Source of the DNA: an uncultured Clostridia bacterium | GTDB taxonomy: Bacteria > Bacillota > Clostridia > Christensenellales > Aristaeellaceae | Assembly: GCA_947166705.1 (NCBI GenBank) | Contig: CAMVFE010000002.1 | Coordinates: 5,695-69,694 of the forward strand | Direction of reading: 5' to 3' | DNA length: 64,000 nt | Part shown: positions 51,836-59,813 of the stretch, piece by piece | Layout of the letters: every line of letters begins with the position of its first letter | Numbering within the stretch: the stretch's first letter is position 1 | Position numbers and translations under genes: made by a program | The notes under the pieces: model-generated | The model's database searches: none | The model's input: the letters and a program-made list of their open reading frames with translations, nothing else | Told to the model about the DNA's origin: nothing

Positions 51836-51860
51836 ATCCGCGGTTCACCCCTTTTTGAAA

Positions 51861-51892
51861 GCAGCCGGAACCGGGAATCCGGTTCCGGCTGC
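51861..51892 (-). other. Intergenic stem-loop between SBP and permease
   Basis: GCAGCCGGAACCGG-gaat-CCGGTTCCGGCTGC perfect 14-bp stem. Confidence 0.7.
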
Positions 51893-51924
51893 TGTATCTT
51901 CGCAAATCAGCCTGAGAGAGGAGA

Positions 51925-53451
51925 TCAGTTCCTGACGATGGTAATCGCGGTGCCGTCCCAGGTCAGGGTATAGTTGCCCGCTTCCGCGAAGACGATGTTG
52001 TTGTCGGGGTTCTCCGCGCCCAGATCCTTGATCAGCTCGGCGCCGGTGGTAACCTGCGCAAAGCCCTTGTCCGTGTCCCAGCTGCCGGGGGCCACGATGC
52101 GGCCGCCCATGTAGTCGCTTTCCGGCACATCCAGGGTCAGCGCGCCGTCCTTCAGGTAGTAGGTGTCGGCGGTATCCGCGTTGTTCCAGCCGTTCCACGC
52201 GCCGACGAACAGCAGCGCGGAAGTGTCCAGCGTGAACAGGGCGGCGATGTCGTCCTCGTACTTCTGCAGCACGGCCTTCAGGTCGTCCTCCGTCGCGGCC
52301 GCCTTCACGCCGTCGCCGATGACCTTGGCGGTATCCCACCAGGAGCCGTGGATGGCGTCCTGCACAACGCCGTAGTTCTTCTGCTCATACACAGCCTTCA
52401 GGATCGGGTCGTTCGCAACGCTCTCGTCCGCCTTGGCCGCCAGGTCCGCGGGACCCCAGCCGCGCTCGGCATGGCGCTCCAGGGAGCACTGGGTGCCGGT
52501 CAGGTACTGGGCCAGCCGATGCAGCGCGGCCGCCTTGACGGGATCCGACTGCGGCTTCACGCCCATGAGCTTGAATCCGAAGAAGCTGCCCAGGTGATAT
52601 TCCTGGCCGTCCACTTCGAAGGAGGGCAGGTCAGCCACGCCCAGGTTGTCGCCCAGCATGTTCTTCGCATCGGCGGAAGCCCAGGTTCCGGAAACGACCA
52701 CGGCCGCGTTGTTGGCGAAGCCGGCGATCTCGGAGCTGGAAACATGGACCGGGGAATCCAGCAGCTTCTTCATGCCCTTCACGGCAATCAGGCCCTTGTC
52801 GCTGTTGAAGGTATCGGTGACGGAGGTGAACTTGCCCGCCTCGTCGGTCTTCCAGACGGAAACGCATCCGGTGCCGAAGAAGAAGGAAGCCAGGTACCAC
52901 GCGGAAGTCTGCATCTCAAAGTTGATGTTCTTTCCGGCGGCTTCGCAGTCCGCGATGATCTTCTCCAGGGAGTCGATATCCTCCTCGGGGATGACGGTCT
53001 TGTCATAATACATGAAGTAGCCGTTGTCCGCCGTCAGGGGATACGCCCACATGGTGCCGTCGCTGGTGGTCACAGCCTTCACGGCGTCGGCGTCGCAGCC
53101 TTCCTGCACGGTCTTGGCAGCGCCCTGGCCCAGCTTGGCCAGCGCGCCGGCCTGAATCAGGCGGGCAAACTGGTCCTGGGCGAAGCAGTAGATGTCGCCG
53201 CCGGCATCCACGTCCGTCACCATGGCGGTGGCGGCGTCGCCCTCACCCTGGGCTTCGATGGTCGCGTTGAACACGATGCCCAGGTCGTTGGTCGCGTTGA
53301 AGTTCTCGATCTGCTTCTTTGTCAGATCCACGATTTCGTTGGCCACCCAGACCTTGATGTCATAGGTGCCGGCCAGGGAATCCGCGCTGGCAAAGCTGCA
53401 CATGGACAGCACCATCGCCAGGCTCAGAAGCAAGGATACGATTTTTTTCAT
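51925..53451 (-). CDS. MalE/GanS-like sugar-binding protein with extra C-terminal CBM-like domain
   Basis: FAQDQ, AYP...YFMYYDK, VSGTW core; ~95 aa tail 'FVGAWNGW...NIVFAEAGNYTLTWD'. Confidence 0.85.
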   Translation of the reverse strand: MKKIVSLLLSLAMVLSMCSFASADSLAGTYDIKVWVANEIVDLTKKQIENFNATNDLGIVFNATIEAQGEGDAATAMVTDVDAGGDIYCFAQDQFARLIQAGALAKLGQGAAKTVQEGCDADAVKAVTTSDGTMWAYPLTADNGYFMYYDKTVIPEEDIDSLEKIIADCEAAGKNINFEMQTSAWYLASFFFGTGCVSVWKTDEAGKFTSVTDTFNSDKGLIAVKGMKKLLDSPVHVSSSEIAGFANNAAVVVSGTWASADAKNMLGDNLGVADLPSFEVDGQEYHLGSFFGFKLMGVKPQSDPVKAAALHRLAQYLTGTQCSLERHAERGWGPADLAAKADESVANDPILKAVYEQKNYGVVQDAIHGSWWDTAKVIGDGVKAAATEDDLKAVLQKYEDDIAALFTLDTSALLFVGAWNGWNNADTADTYYLKDGALTLDVPESDYMGGRIVAPGSWDTDKGFAQVTTGAELIKDLGAENPDNNIVFAEAGNYTLTWDGTAITIVRN

Positions 53452-53516
53452 GAATAAAACCCTCCCTTTCCTTTTCTATGCGTCGTACGCATGTAGTATT
53501 TGTTTCACCTTGCGGT

Positions 53517-53545
53517 ATTTTATCACATCCGCTCGGGGTTGTCCA
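53517..53545 (-). promoter_or_regulatory. Promoter for sugar ABC operon
   Basis: Minus strand TGGACA-17bp-TAAAAT with TGn extension. Confidence 0.7.
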
Positions 53546-53553
53546 TGGAAAAA

Positions 53554-53592
53554 AGAAGATTTCACCCTACAAAAATAGAAGATTTCACCCTA
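53554..53592. repeat. Perfect 16-bp direct repeat, probable activator site
   Basis: AGAAGATTTCACCCTA at 53554 and 53577 (23-bp period), just upstream of the -35. Confidence 0.75.
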
Positions 53593-53728
53593 ATGCCGGG
53601 TATCCATAAAACAGTATTAGCCAGAAACTCAGAAAAGGCATCTGCGTGCCGGATTGAATGTTCTCTTTCCACTTTTCTCTGCTTTTCGTAAGTGCTCCAA
53701 GCTCTTTATATAGCTCTGCTTCGGTCAT
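53585..53728 (-). pseudogene. Truncated gene remnant (47 codons)
   Basis: GAGG RBS, MTEAELYKELGALTKSREKWKENI then non-coding-like tail into the host promoter; N-terminus recalls HEAT-repeat proteins (unverified). Confidence 0.4.
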
Positions 53729-53883
53729 TTTAATGGCCTCTCAAACTGGAATATATGGTCATGCTGGGAATCTCCCAGCGTGGTTGTTTTCTTTTTTGCC
53801 CAGTACACACAAAAAGGTCACATCGCTGGATTGCTCCATTGATGAGGCACAGAGAATGGTGCTTTCTTACCAATTTTCGCAAC

Positions 53884-54267
53884 TTAAATCGTCATCTCAA
53901 TTTTGTTATTCTCAATACCTATGATACAGCTTTCGTAATAGCCATCGCCTGTTGTTCGTGGCCCACTGACTATTTCATATCCATCCGTTTTCAGCTGTTC
54001 CGTCAGGGCATCCACCTTCTCTTTGCTGCCCAGGGAAAAGGCAATATGAGCATACCCCATTTGTTCATCGAAAGAAGCCCTTGCAAATATGCCGGGCTTA
54101 TTCATGATCTCCAGACGTGCTCCATCTTCAAAACGCAGGAAGAAGGATCGAAAACCTGTTTTGGCGTTGTAGTAACCGTCATTGGAGATAGCGCCAAGGT
54201 ATCTGATGAAGAAATCGCGTGCATTTTCCAAATCATTCACATAGAGGGCGATATGTTCGATTTTCAT
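53884..54267 (-). CDS. VOC/glyoxalase family protein
   Basis: MKIEHIALYVNDLE...RLEIM...GYAHIAFSLGS...GPRTTGDGYYES...IEMT. Confidence 0.9.
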   Translation of the reverse strand: MKIEHIALYVNDLENARDFFIRYLGAISNDGYYNAKTGFRSFFLRFEDGARLEIMNKPGIFARASFDEQMGYAHIAFSLGSKEKVDALTEQLKTDGYEIVSGPRTTGDGYYESCIIGIENNKIEMTI

Positions 54268-54791
54268 TTTGATTTTCCCTCTCGCTGGCGTTCCAGCAGC
54301 AGTTGTCGTCCGATTTTGCCTGTCATATGGTCAATCGTGATTTCCTCGCAACAAAGCCTGCCTTCGCGAATCGTATCTTCCGTTTCCTGCATATACAGGT
54401 CCTCAAATCCTTTGGAATACTTTGCGCCGATCGCATTGGCTGCGCGGCGCATTTCTTCTTCTCCCTCCAGAATTCGGGCGTGTCCGAAAACAATCACGCT
54501 GCAAAACTTGGTGGTGCGTTCCCTGGGCATGACCTCGTCCCGGTCAATGACGGTAAAGGAAACCTTGTTATCTCTGCGGATCGCGTCGATCTTATGCCCG
54601 GTTTTCGCGCAGTGGAAGCCGATGATGCCGAACCCGGTGCCGCCTTCCTGCCAGACAAAGCTGACAGGCACGGTATAGGGATATCCATCATCCCCGTGCA
54701 AGCCCAACACACCAGAGGTGGCGCGCTGCAGGATTTCTACGCACTCCTCCCGGGAAATCTGCTGCCTGATTCTGCGCATCTCTCTGAACAC
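54264..54791 (-). CDS. Nim-like pyridoxamine 5'-phosphate oxidase family protein
   Basis: MFREMRR..Q...GVL.LHGDDGYPY.VPVS...FHCA..GHKIDAI...KVSF...SVIVFG...MTGK. Confidence 0.85.
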   Translation of the reverse strand: MFREMRRIRQQISREECVEILQRATSGVLGLHGDDGYPYTVPVSFVWQEGGTGFGIIGFHCAKTGHKIDAIRRDNKVSFTVIDRDEVMPRERTTKFCSVIVFGHARILEGEEEMRRAANAIGAKYSKGFEDLYMQETEDTIREGRLCCEEITIDHMTGKIGRQLLLERQREGKSK

Positions 54792-54824
54792 TTCTGCTTT
54801 CTCCTTCCTTATTGTGGAAGATAG

Positions 54825-54929
54825 CTACACTAAATCCCTGTAGAAATAGATGTTTGCTTTTCCTTCCTGGCTGGTGCCGTCATAGCATCGGTTATCAAAT
54901 CCGCCGATCACAAATCCCTGCTTGAGATA
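54825..54929 (-). pseudogene. 3' remnant of GNAT acetyltransferase (streptothricin-acetyltransferase-like)
   Basis: Manual translation YLKQGFVIGGFDNRCYDGTSQEGKANIYFYRDLV*, no start; GNAT motif B (FY.K.GF). Confidence 0.6.
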
Positions 54930-55050
54930 AGTCTGCTCGGTCCATGAAATTCAGCTTTTGCAGGATGTTCCGGCACTTCTTCTGTTCCTCGAATACTGCA
55001 TCATCGGAGATATACAGGATCTGCTGATCCCTCCGTTCCAGGTTGTTCAT
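54895..55050 (-). pseudogene. 5' remnant of second sugar O-acetyltransferase (Mac domain only)
   Basis: RBS AAGGAG; MNNLERRDQQILYISDDAVFEEQKKCRNILQKLNFMDRAD then early stop; hexapeptide domain absent. Confidence 0.6.
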
Positions 55051-55064
55051 GCGAGCTTCTCCTT

Positions 55065-55676
55065 TTATCTTTGTTCGTCAAACCGACGGTTTTTCCAATA
55101 GTATTCCTTGTCGTGTTCATCGATCTTTCGGATGGGCTTGCAGGGATTGCCTGCCGCAACGGTATAATCCGGTACATCCTTGGTCACCACGCTGCCCGCG
55201 CCGATGACAGCATACTTCCCGATGGTGATGCCGGGCAGAATGATGGCCCCGGCCCCGATCCAGGCTCCGTCCCCGATGGTGATAGGGAAAGAGTACATGC
55301 CACCCTTCGCCCGTTCTTCCGGGTCAATGGGGTGGCCGGTGGTGCAGAGCGTCACGCCCGTGCCAAACAAACAGCCTTTCCCGATGGTTACCTTATAGTC
55401 ATCAATCAGGATCAGGCCCGAATTAATGTAGGTGCCTTCTCCGATCGTCACGGTAGAGCCTACCGCCAGTGTCAGCGGCTGATTGATCCATACATTGTCA
55501 CCCACAGAGCCAAACATCTGCCGCATCAGTTCACTGCGCTTATCCACCTCACTGGGCTTGGATGTGTTGAATTCGTACATCAGATCCTTGACCTTGGCCT
55601 GATGTGCCAGGTATTCGTCCGTATCCTCCCATAGATACCCGTTGGAAATGCGTTCCTGCCGTTCCTGTTCTGTCAT
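55065..55676 (-). CDS. Maltose/galactoside O-acetyltransferase (Maa/LacA family)
   Basis: Mac N-domain; hexapeptide repeats, TTGHP, WIGAGAIILPG, GAGSVVTKD, GNPCK. Confidence 0.9.
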   Translation of the reverse strand: MTEQERQERISNGYLWEDTDEYLAHQAKVKDLMYEFNTSKPSEVDKRSELMRQMFGSVGDNVWINQPLTLAVGSTVTIGEGTYINSGLILIDDYKVTIGKGCLFGTGVTLCTTGHPIDPEERAKGGMYSFPITIGDGAWIGAGAIILPGITIGKYAVIGAGSVVTKDVPDYTVAAGNPCKPIRKIDEHDKEYYWKNRRFDEQR

Positions 55677-55782
55677 GCTGATGACCTCCCATAATCAATT
55701 TGGGACATTTGTCCGGATGCAAGAATAACGCCTGTTCTCTTCCTGTGATACAGCTTTCCGACAGGAATCTATAACAATCGTA

Positions 55783-56649
55783 TTATTCCTGAGCAGTCTG
55801 ATGATGGAAGTTCCTTTGGTACTCCCTTGGCGTGATATGCCAGGTTCTTTTGAACACTTCGGCAAAATAGCTGGAACCGTGAAAACCGCAGGACAGCGCC
55901 GCTTCTGTCACGTTCGTCCCTTCCCGCAGCAGGGAGCAGGCCTTATCCAGCCGGTAGCGGGTTACGTATTCCATGGGGGTCGTTCCCAGGTTCTCCCGGA
56001 ACAAAGCGCAGCAGCGGCTGCGGCAGACAGCCCCGGCTGCGGCGATCTCAGCAAGCGTGATGGATTCATCGTAATGGCCCTGGATGTATCCGGTCATCCG
56101 GCGCAGCAACAGCCAATCAGCGCTGCTTTCGCCCAATGTCTGATCGATTTTTATTTCACGCAGCGTATTCAGCAGGCCGGCGCTTAGAGACAGCACCTGC
56201 AAGGCATCGCCCGCTTCCGCTGCCGCATACAGGGAATGAAAGACCAGCATCCCCTCACTGGTTGCATCCAGATGCCAATAATCCGGCTGATCGTCCCGGG
56301 TAAATTGGGAAATTGCTTCCTGAACTGGGGCAGAGCCTCCCAGCAAGTCAGGATGGAACACCACAAAACGATACAGGCAATCCTGCTTTTTCTCCGAATA
56401 TCCGTAATGCAGGCGACGGGCGTTGACAAAAATGCCGTCGCCTTTTTTCAGATGAACCCGTTTGCTGTTCACAAAATAGTCCATCTCACCGTCCAGCGTC
56501 GCCAGGAGTTCAAAATCATCATGCCAGTGGCAGGCGGCGGCATAATCCTGGAAGATTCGCAGCCTGTCGGTGCTGATGCGCACCGGTAAGCCTTTCATGG
56601 TGTATTCCAGCCGTTCGCTTCCATCCGGGTTCACTTGCAGTTGGTGCAT
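55783..56649 (-). CDS. AraC family regulator
   Basis: CHWHDDFE cupin; ITLAEIA...CGFHGSSYF..VFK....TP.EY. Confidence 0.9.
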   Translation of the reverse strand: MHQLQVNPDGSERLEYTMKGLPVRISTDRLRIFQDYAAACHWHDDFELLATLDGEMDYFVNSKRVHLKKGDGIFVNARRLHYGYSEKKQDCLYRFVVFHPDLLGGSAPVQEAISQFTRDDQPDYWHLDATSEGMLVFHSLYAAAEAGDALQVLSLSAGLLNTLREIKIDQTLGESSADWLLLRRMTGYIQGHYDESITLAEIAAAGAVCRSRCCALFRENLGTTPMEYVTRYRLDKACSLLREGTNVTEAALSCGFHGSSYFAEVFKRTWHITPREYQRNFHHQTAQE

Positions 56650-56748
56650 GGAAACGCCTCCATAAATACGATTGTTATTGAAATTCTATCATATTCCGAT
56701 AGATTTCTCAACTTGTTTGAACGAAAATTGTATCAGGAGGTGTTCCTG

Positions 56749-58137
56749 ATGGAGAAGAAGTTTGATCGTTCTTCTTTTATGAAAGTTCTCTGGAAGCTGA
56801 TGCTGCCAATTGTTTTACAAAATTTGCTCAGCGCTGTGGTCAGCACAGCGGATGTGCTGATGCTGACGCATGTCAGTCAAACTGCGCTGTCCGCATCCTC
56901 CCTGGCCGGGCAGGTGACCTTCGTCCTGACGCTGTTCTACTTTGGCCTCTCTACCGGTGCGTCTGTGTTAGCGGCACAATATTGGGGAAAAGGCGATGCA
57001 GAAACCATCAGCAGGGTGCAAGGATTAGCCCTGCGATACGCCTGCGTGATTTCCTTTCTGTTCTTCCTGGCTGCGCTGCTGATGCCGGATCGCCTTATGC
57101 GTATCTTTACCCAGGATGATCCGTTGATCGCTTATGGCGAGGGGTATCTTCGTTTTGTCAGTGTCAGCTACCTGATGATGGGCGTTTCCCAAATGCTGCT
57201 GGCTGTGATGAAAAGCATGGAGCAAACCAAAATCAGCGCTCAGATCAGTGCTGCATGTCTGCTCAGCAACATTGTCCTAAACGCTGTATCCATTTATGCG
57301 TTGTTTCCTAATGACCCCTATGAAGCCCTGTGCGGCGTCGCACTGTCAACAAGCCTGGCCCGCATCATGGAAGTGACGCTGTGCCGTATTGCTTTGAAAA
57401 AAGGAAAAGGAAGCAAAACGGCATTCCGGGATGTGCTGCATGCAGATGCCCGGCTCCGGCGGGATTTTGTGAAGTGCACGCTGCCTGTCCAGGGCAATTA
57501 CCTGATCTGGGGCTGTGCCACCGCTGCGATCGCCGCCATCCTGGGGCATATCTCCACGGAAGTGGTGGCAGCCAATTCCTTAGCGAGCACACTGCGGAAT
57601 CTGGTGATCGTGGGGTGCGGCGGATTTGGTACTGCTGGCAGCATTCTGATCGGCAAGCTTTTGGGGCAAAGCGATTATGACAATGCCAGATGGGCAGGCA
57701 AGCGGGTTTTTGCAGGCTCCCTTCTGTCAGGCGCTGCCAGCGGCTTGATCCTGCTTCTGCTGTACTTCCCGTGCCGCATGCTCGTTCCGTTGGAAGAAAG
57801 CGCCTTGGCGCTGTTTCAAGGAATGCTGGTGATCAACGCTGTTTATTGCATCGGAAAATCCTTTAACTCCAGCCTGGTGGGCGGCGTATTCTGCGCGGGC
57901 GGAGACACGCGTTTCGGTCTGATCTGCGACGCTGTTTCCATGTGGTTTGTGATCCTGCCCGTGGGGTATCTCTCAGCCTTCGTCAGGCACTGGCCGCCCA
58001 TAGCTGTTTATGCTGTGCTGTGTATGGATGAGTTTGTCAAGCTGCCCTTTGTTGCGTTGAGGTTCCGGCAGTACAAGTGGCTCAAAAATCTGACAGGTAA
58101 TTCTGAAGGAGGAGAATCCAATGCTGAAAATCTTTGA
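56749..58137 (+). CDS. MATE family efflux transporter
   Basis: ATG after AGGAGGTG; LPIVLQNLL...DVLML, AQYWGKGD, GGDTRF, W...LT tail. Confidence 0.88.
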   Translation: MEKKFDRSSFMKVLWKLMLPIVLQNLLSAVVSTADVLMLTHVSQTALSASSLAGQVTFVLTLFYFGLSTGASVLAAQYWGKGDAETISRVQGLALRYACVISFLFFLAALLMPDRLMRIFTQDDPLIAYGEGYLRFVSVSYLMMGVSQMLLAVMKSMEQTKISAQISAACLLSNIVLNAVSIYALFPNDPYEALCGVALSTSLARIMEVTLCRIALKKGKGSKTAFRDVLHADARLRRDFVKCTLPVQGNYLIWGCATAAIAAILGHISTEVVAANSLASTLRNLVIVGCGGFGTAGSILIGKLLGQSDYDNARWAGKRVFAGSLLSGAASGLILLLLYFPCRMLVPLEESALALFQGMLVINAVYCIGKSFNSSLVGGVFCAGGDTRFGLICDAVSMWFVILPVGYLSAFVRHWPPIAVYAVLCMDEFVKLPFVALRFRQYKWLKNLTGNSEGGESNAENL

Positions 58138-58300
58138 AAGCATCTCCACCCGGGAAACGCTGAAAGAAAGATCTCAGGAAGAGACCCGGCGCATGCAAGC
58201 AAAAAAGGAAAAGAAACTGCGTCGGCGGCAGGAAGAGGAACGCTTCATTTTGCAGCGGCAAGCAGTGAATGATGCAGTTTTTCAAAGAAAAGACCAGTGA
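58121..58300 (+). CDS. Small charged helical hypothetical protein (59 aa)
   Basis: Not in ORF track. RBS GAAGGAGGA; MLKIFESISTRETLKERSQEETRRMQAKKEKKLRRRQEEERFILQRQAVNDAVFQRKDQ. Confidence 0.5.
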   Translation: MLKIFESISTRETLKERSQEETRRMQAKKEKKLRRRQEEERFILQRQAVNDAVFQRKDQ

Positions 58301-58704
58301 CTACAAACCCATATTTTGGATGCTGACGGCAGTATTCGCTTCGCCTTCCGTAACGGCATCGAAATCTGATGTCCTGATCATACACCTTTGCTCCTGCCGT
58401 ATTGACAGGAGTTTTTCCATTTGTGGCAAAAAAATCCAGTGTGGGCATGAGGGTACAATTTGAAGCGCCAATATGAATGGAGAATCAGAATGGAAAAGCA
58501 GGATTCTGGAAACAGTTTTTCTTTGACAGATGCAGAATACATCCGGATGCTGTGGTTAACGCGAATGAACGGTGTGGGAAACCTGATATGGTTTTCCATG
58601 CCGTTTTGCGTTATCCATCAGTCAGAAACCTGATATTGGATCGTAATATTCCGGTCTGTAACCTGTCCGTAGCTTTTCTGTGGGCAGGTTGGTCCCGTTC
58701 CCGG

Positions 58705-59232
58705 TCACGGAAGGGCCGTCAGCCGCCGGGCGGTCTCCTCCGCCGCGCCGCCGCGATCCCCCGCGTGCGGGCTCTGCCTGCCGAAGTACAGGTACCAGCG
58801 TTCCCCCGGCCGCTCCCCGTAGTTCAGGAAGCTTTCGGCGCAGCCCTCCCCCGTCTGCGGGTCGTACAGCAGGATGCCCCGCGGCGGGTCCTCCCGCTCC
58901 TCCTCTCCGGGCGGAGGACCTATCCATTCCCGGCGCTCCGCCGCCTGCGCTTCCGTCATCACGTACAGATCCGCCCGGGTCAGCGGCCCGCTGTCCATCA
59001 GCGCGTGGGCAAAAGGCCGCACCTGGATGAACCGGATTCCCTCCGGCGCGTCCTCCTCCAGGGCGATGGCCAGCTCCGTCCAGCGGAACGCCCGCATGTC
59101 GGCATACAGCGTGATTTTGTTCTCCGGCGGCGCGTCCGTCACGAAGGTAAAGATCCAGCTCCACAGAAGCGCGCTGGCCGCCAGGCAGGCCGCCCCGTAA
59201 CGGATCAGCCGGAAGATCATCCGTTTATTCAT
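58705..59232 (-). CDS. Membrane-anchored hypothetical protein
   Basis: N-terminal TM, host-like codon usage, overlaps upstream gene stop (coupled). Confidence 0.65.
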   Translation of the reverse strand: MNKRMIFRLIRYGAACLAASALLWSWIFTFVTDAPPENKITLYADMRAFRWTELAIALEEDAPEGIRFIQVRPFAHALMDSGPLTRADLYVMTEAQAAERREWIGPPPGEEEREDPPRGILLYDPQTGEGCAESFLNYGERPGERWYLYFGRQSPHAGDRGGAAEETARRLTALP

Positions 59233-59722
59233 CCGCCGCCTCCCACGCCGTAATGTATCCCCGCCGGACCTCCGCGCGGATCCGCCTTCCCGCCTCCGGG
59301 AAGTCCCGGGCCGCCCGGTCGTTCAGCTTCAGGGAGACTTCCTCCCCGCCCTCCCGGAGCGCCACCGTCCGGAAGGCGATGCTCTTCGGGATCGCGACCG
59401 GCTCCCCCACCCGCAGGATTTCCCCCGCGCGCGTTTCCGCCGTTTCCTTCAGGACCCCCTCCTCGTGCGCCGCCTCCCGCAGCGCCGGGGTCCGGATCCC
59501 CGCCCAAAGGCATACCGCACCCCAGCTGCCGGCGGTGGAAAGGGCGATCGCCAGCGTCTGCCGGGCCGCCGCGTTGCGCGTCCGGACGCCGAAGCAGAGC
59601 GCCGCGCAGCCCGCCAGGCAGGCCGCCGCCAGGATCACGGCGCCCCTCCGGGCTTTTTCCGCCCGGGCCCGCAGCCGCAGAACCCCCTCCGGGGTATACA
59701 GCGTCTTCATTTTCCGTTCCAT
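59225..59722 (-). CDS. 2-TM hypothetical protein with C-terminal beta/OB-like domain
   Basis: RBS GGGAGG; two hydrophobic segments then beta-strand-rich C-terminus. Confidence 0.65.
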   Translation of the reverse strand: MERKMKTLYTPEGVLRLRARAEKARRGAVILAAACLAGCAALCFGVRTRNAAARQTLAIALSTAGSWGAVCLWAGIRTPALREAAHEEGVLKETAETRAGEILRVGEPVAIPKSIAFRTVALREGGEEVSLKLNDRAARDFPEAGRRIRAEVRRGYITAWEAADE

Positions 59723-59813
59723 GCCTCCCCGCTTTCCCTCGTTGAAAAATAATCCCCTTTGTGTTACGCTTTCCCCGTCGAATCAATAATGTTCAAAGGA
59801 GGCGTTCCTCCCG

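Larger units (their letters stand above)
53593..58690. mobile_element. Lower-GC accessory island (no recombinase visible)
   Basis: Abrupt shift to more AT-rich sequence and A/T-ending codons (by eye); small accessory genes and fragments; boundaries approximate. Confidence 0.7.

Noticed and set aside
53554-53592. Direct repeat as a CRISPR remnant
   Set aside because: Only two 16-bp copies with a 7-bp gap; no cas genes
53755-54678. 307-aa plus-strand ORF in the island
   Set aside because: Antisense to the clear VOC and Nim-like genes
53593-58690. Island as an intact IS, transposon or integron
   Set aside because: No transposase or integrase, terminal inverted repeats, target duplication or convincing attC; shared end words TATCCAT and CAGAAAC are too short
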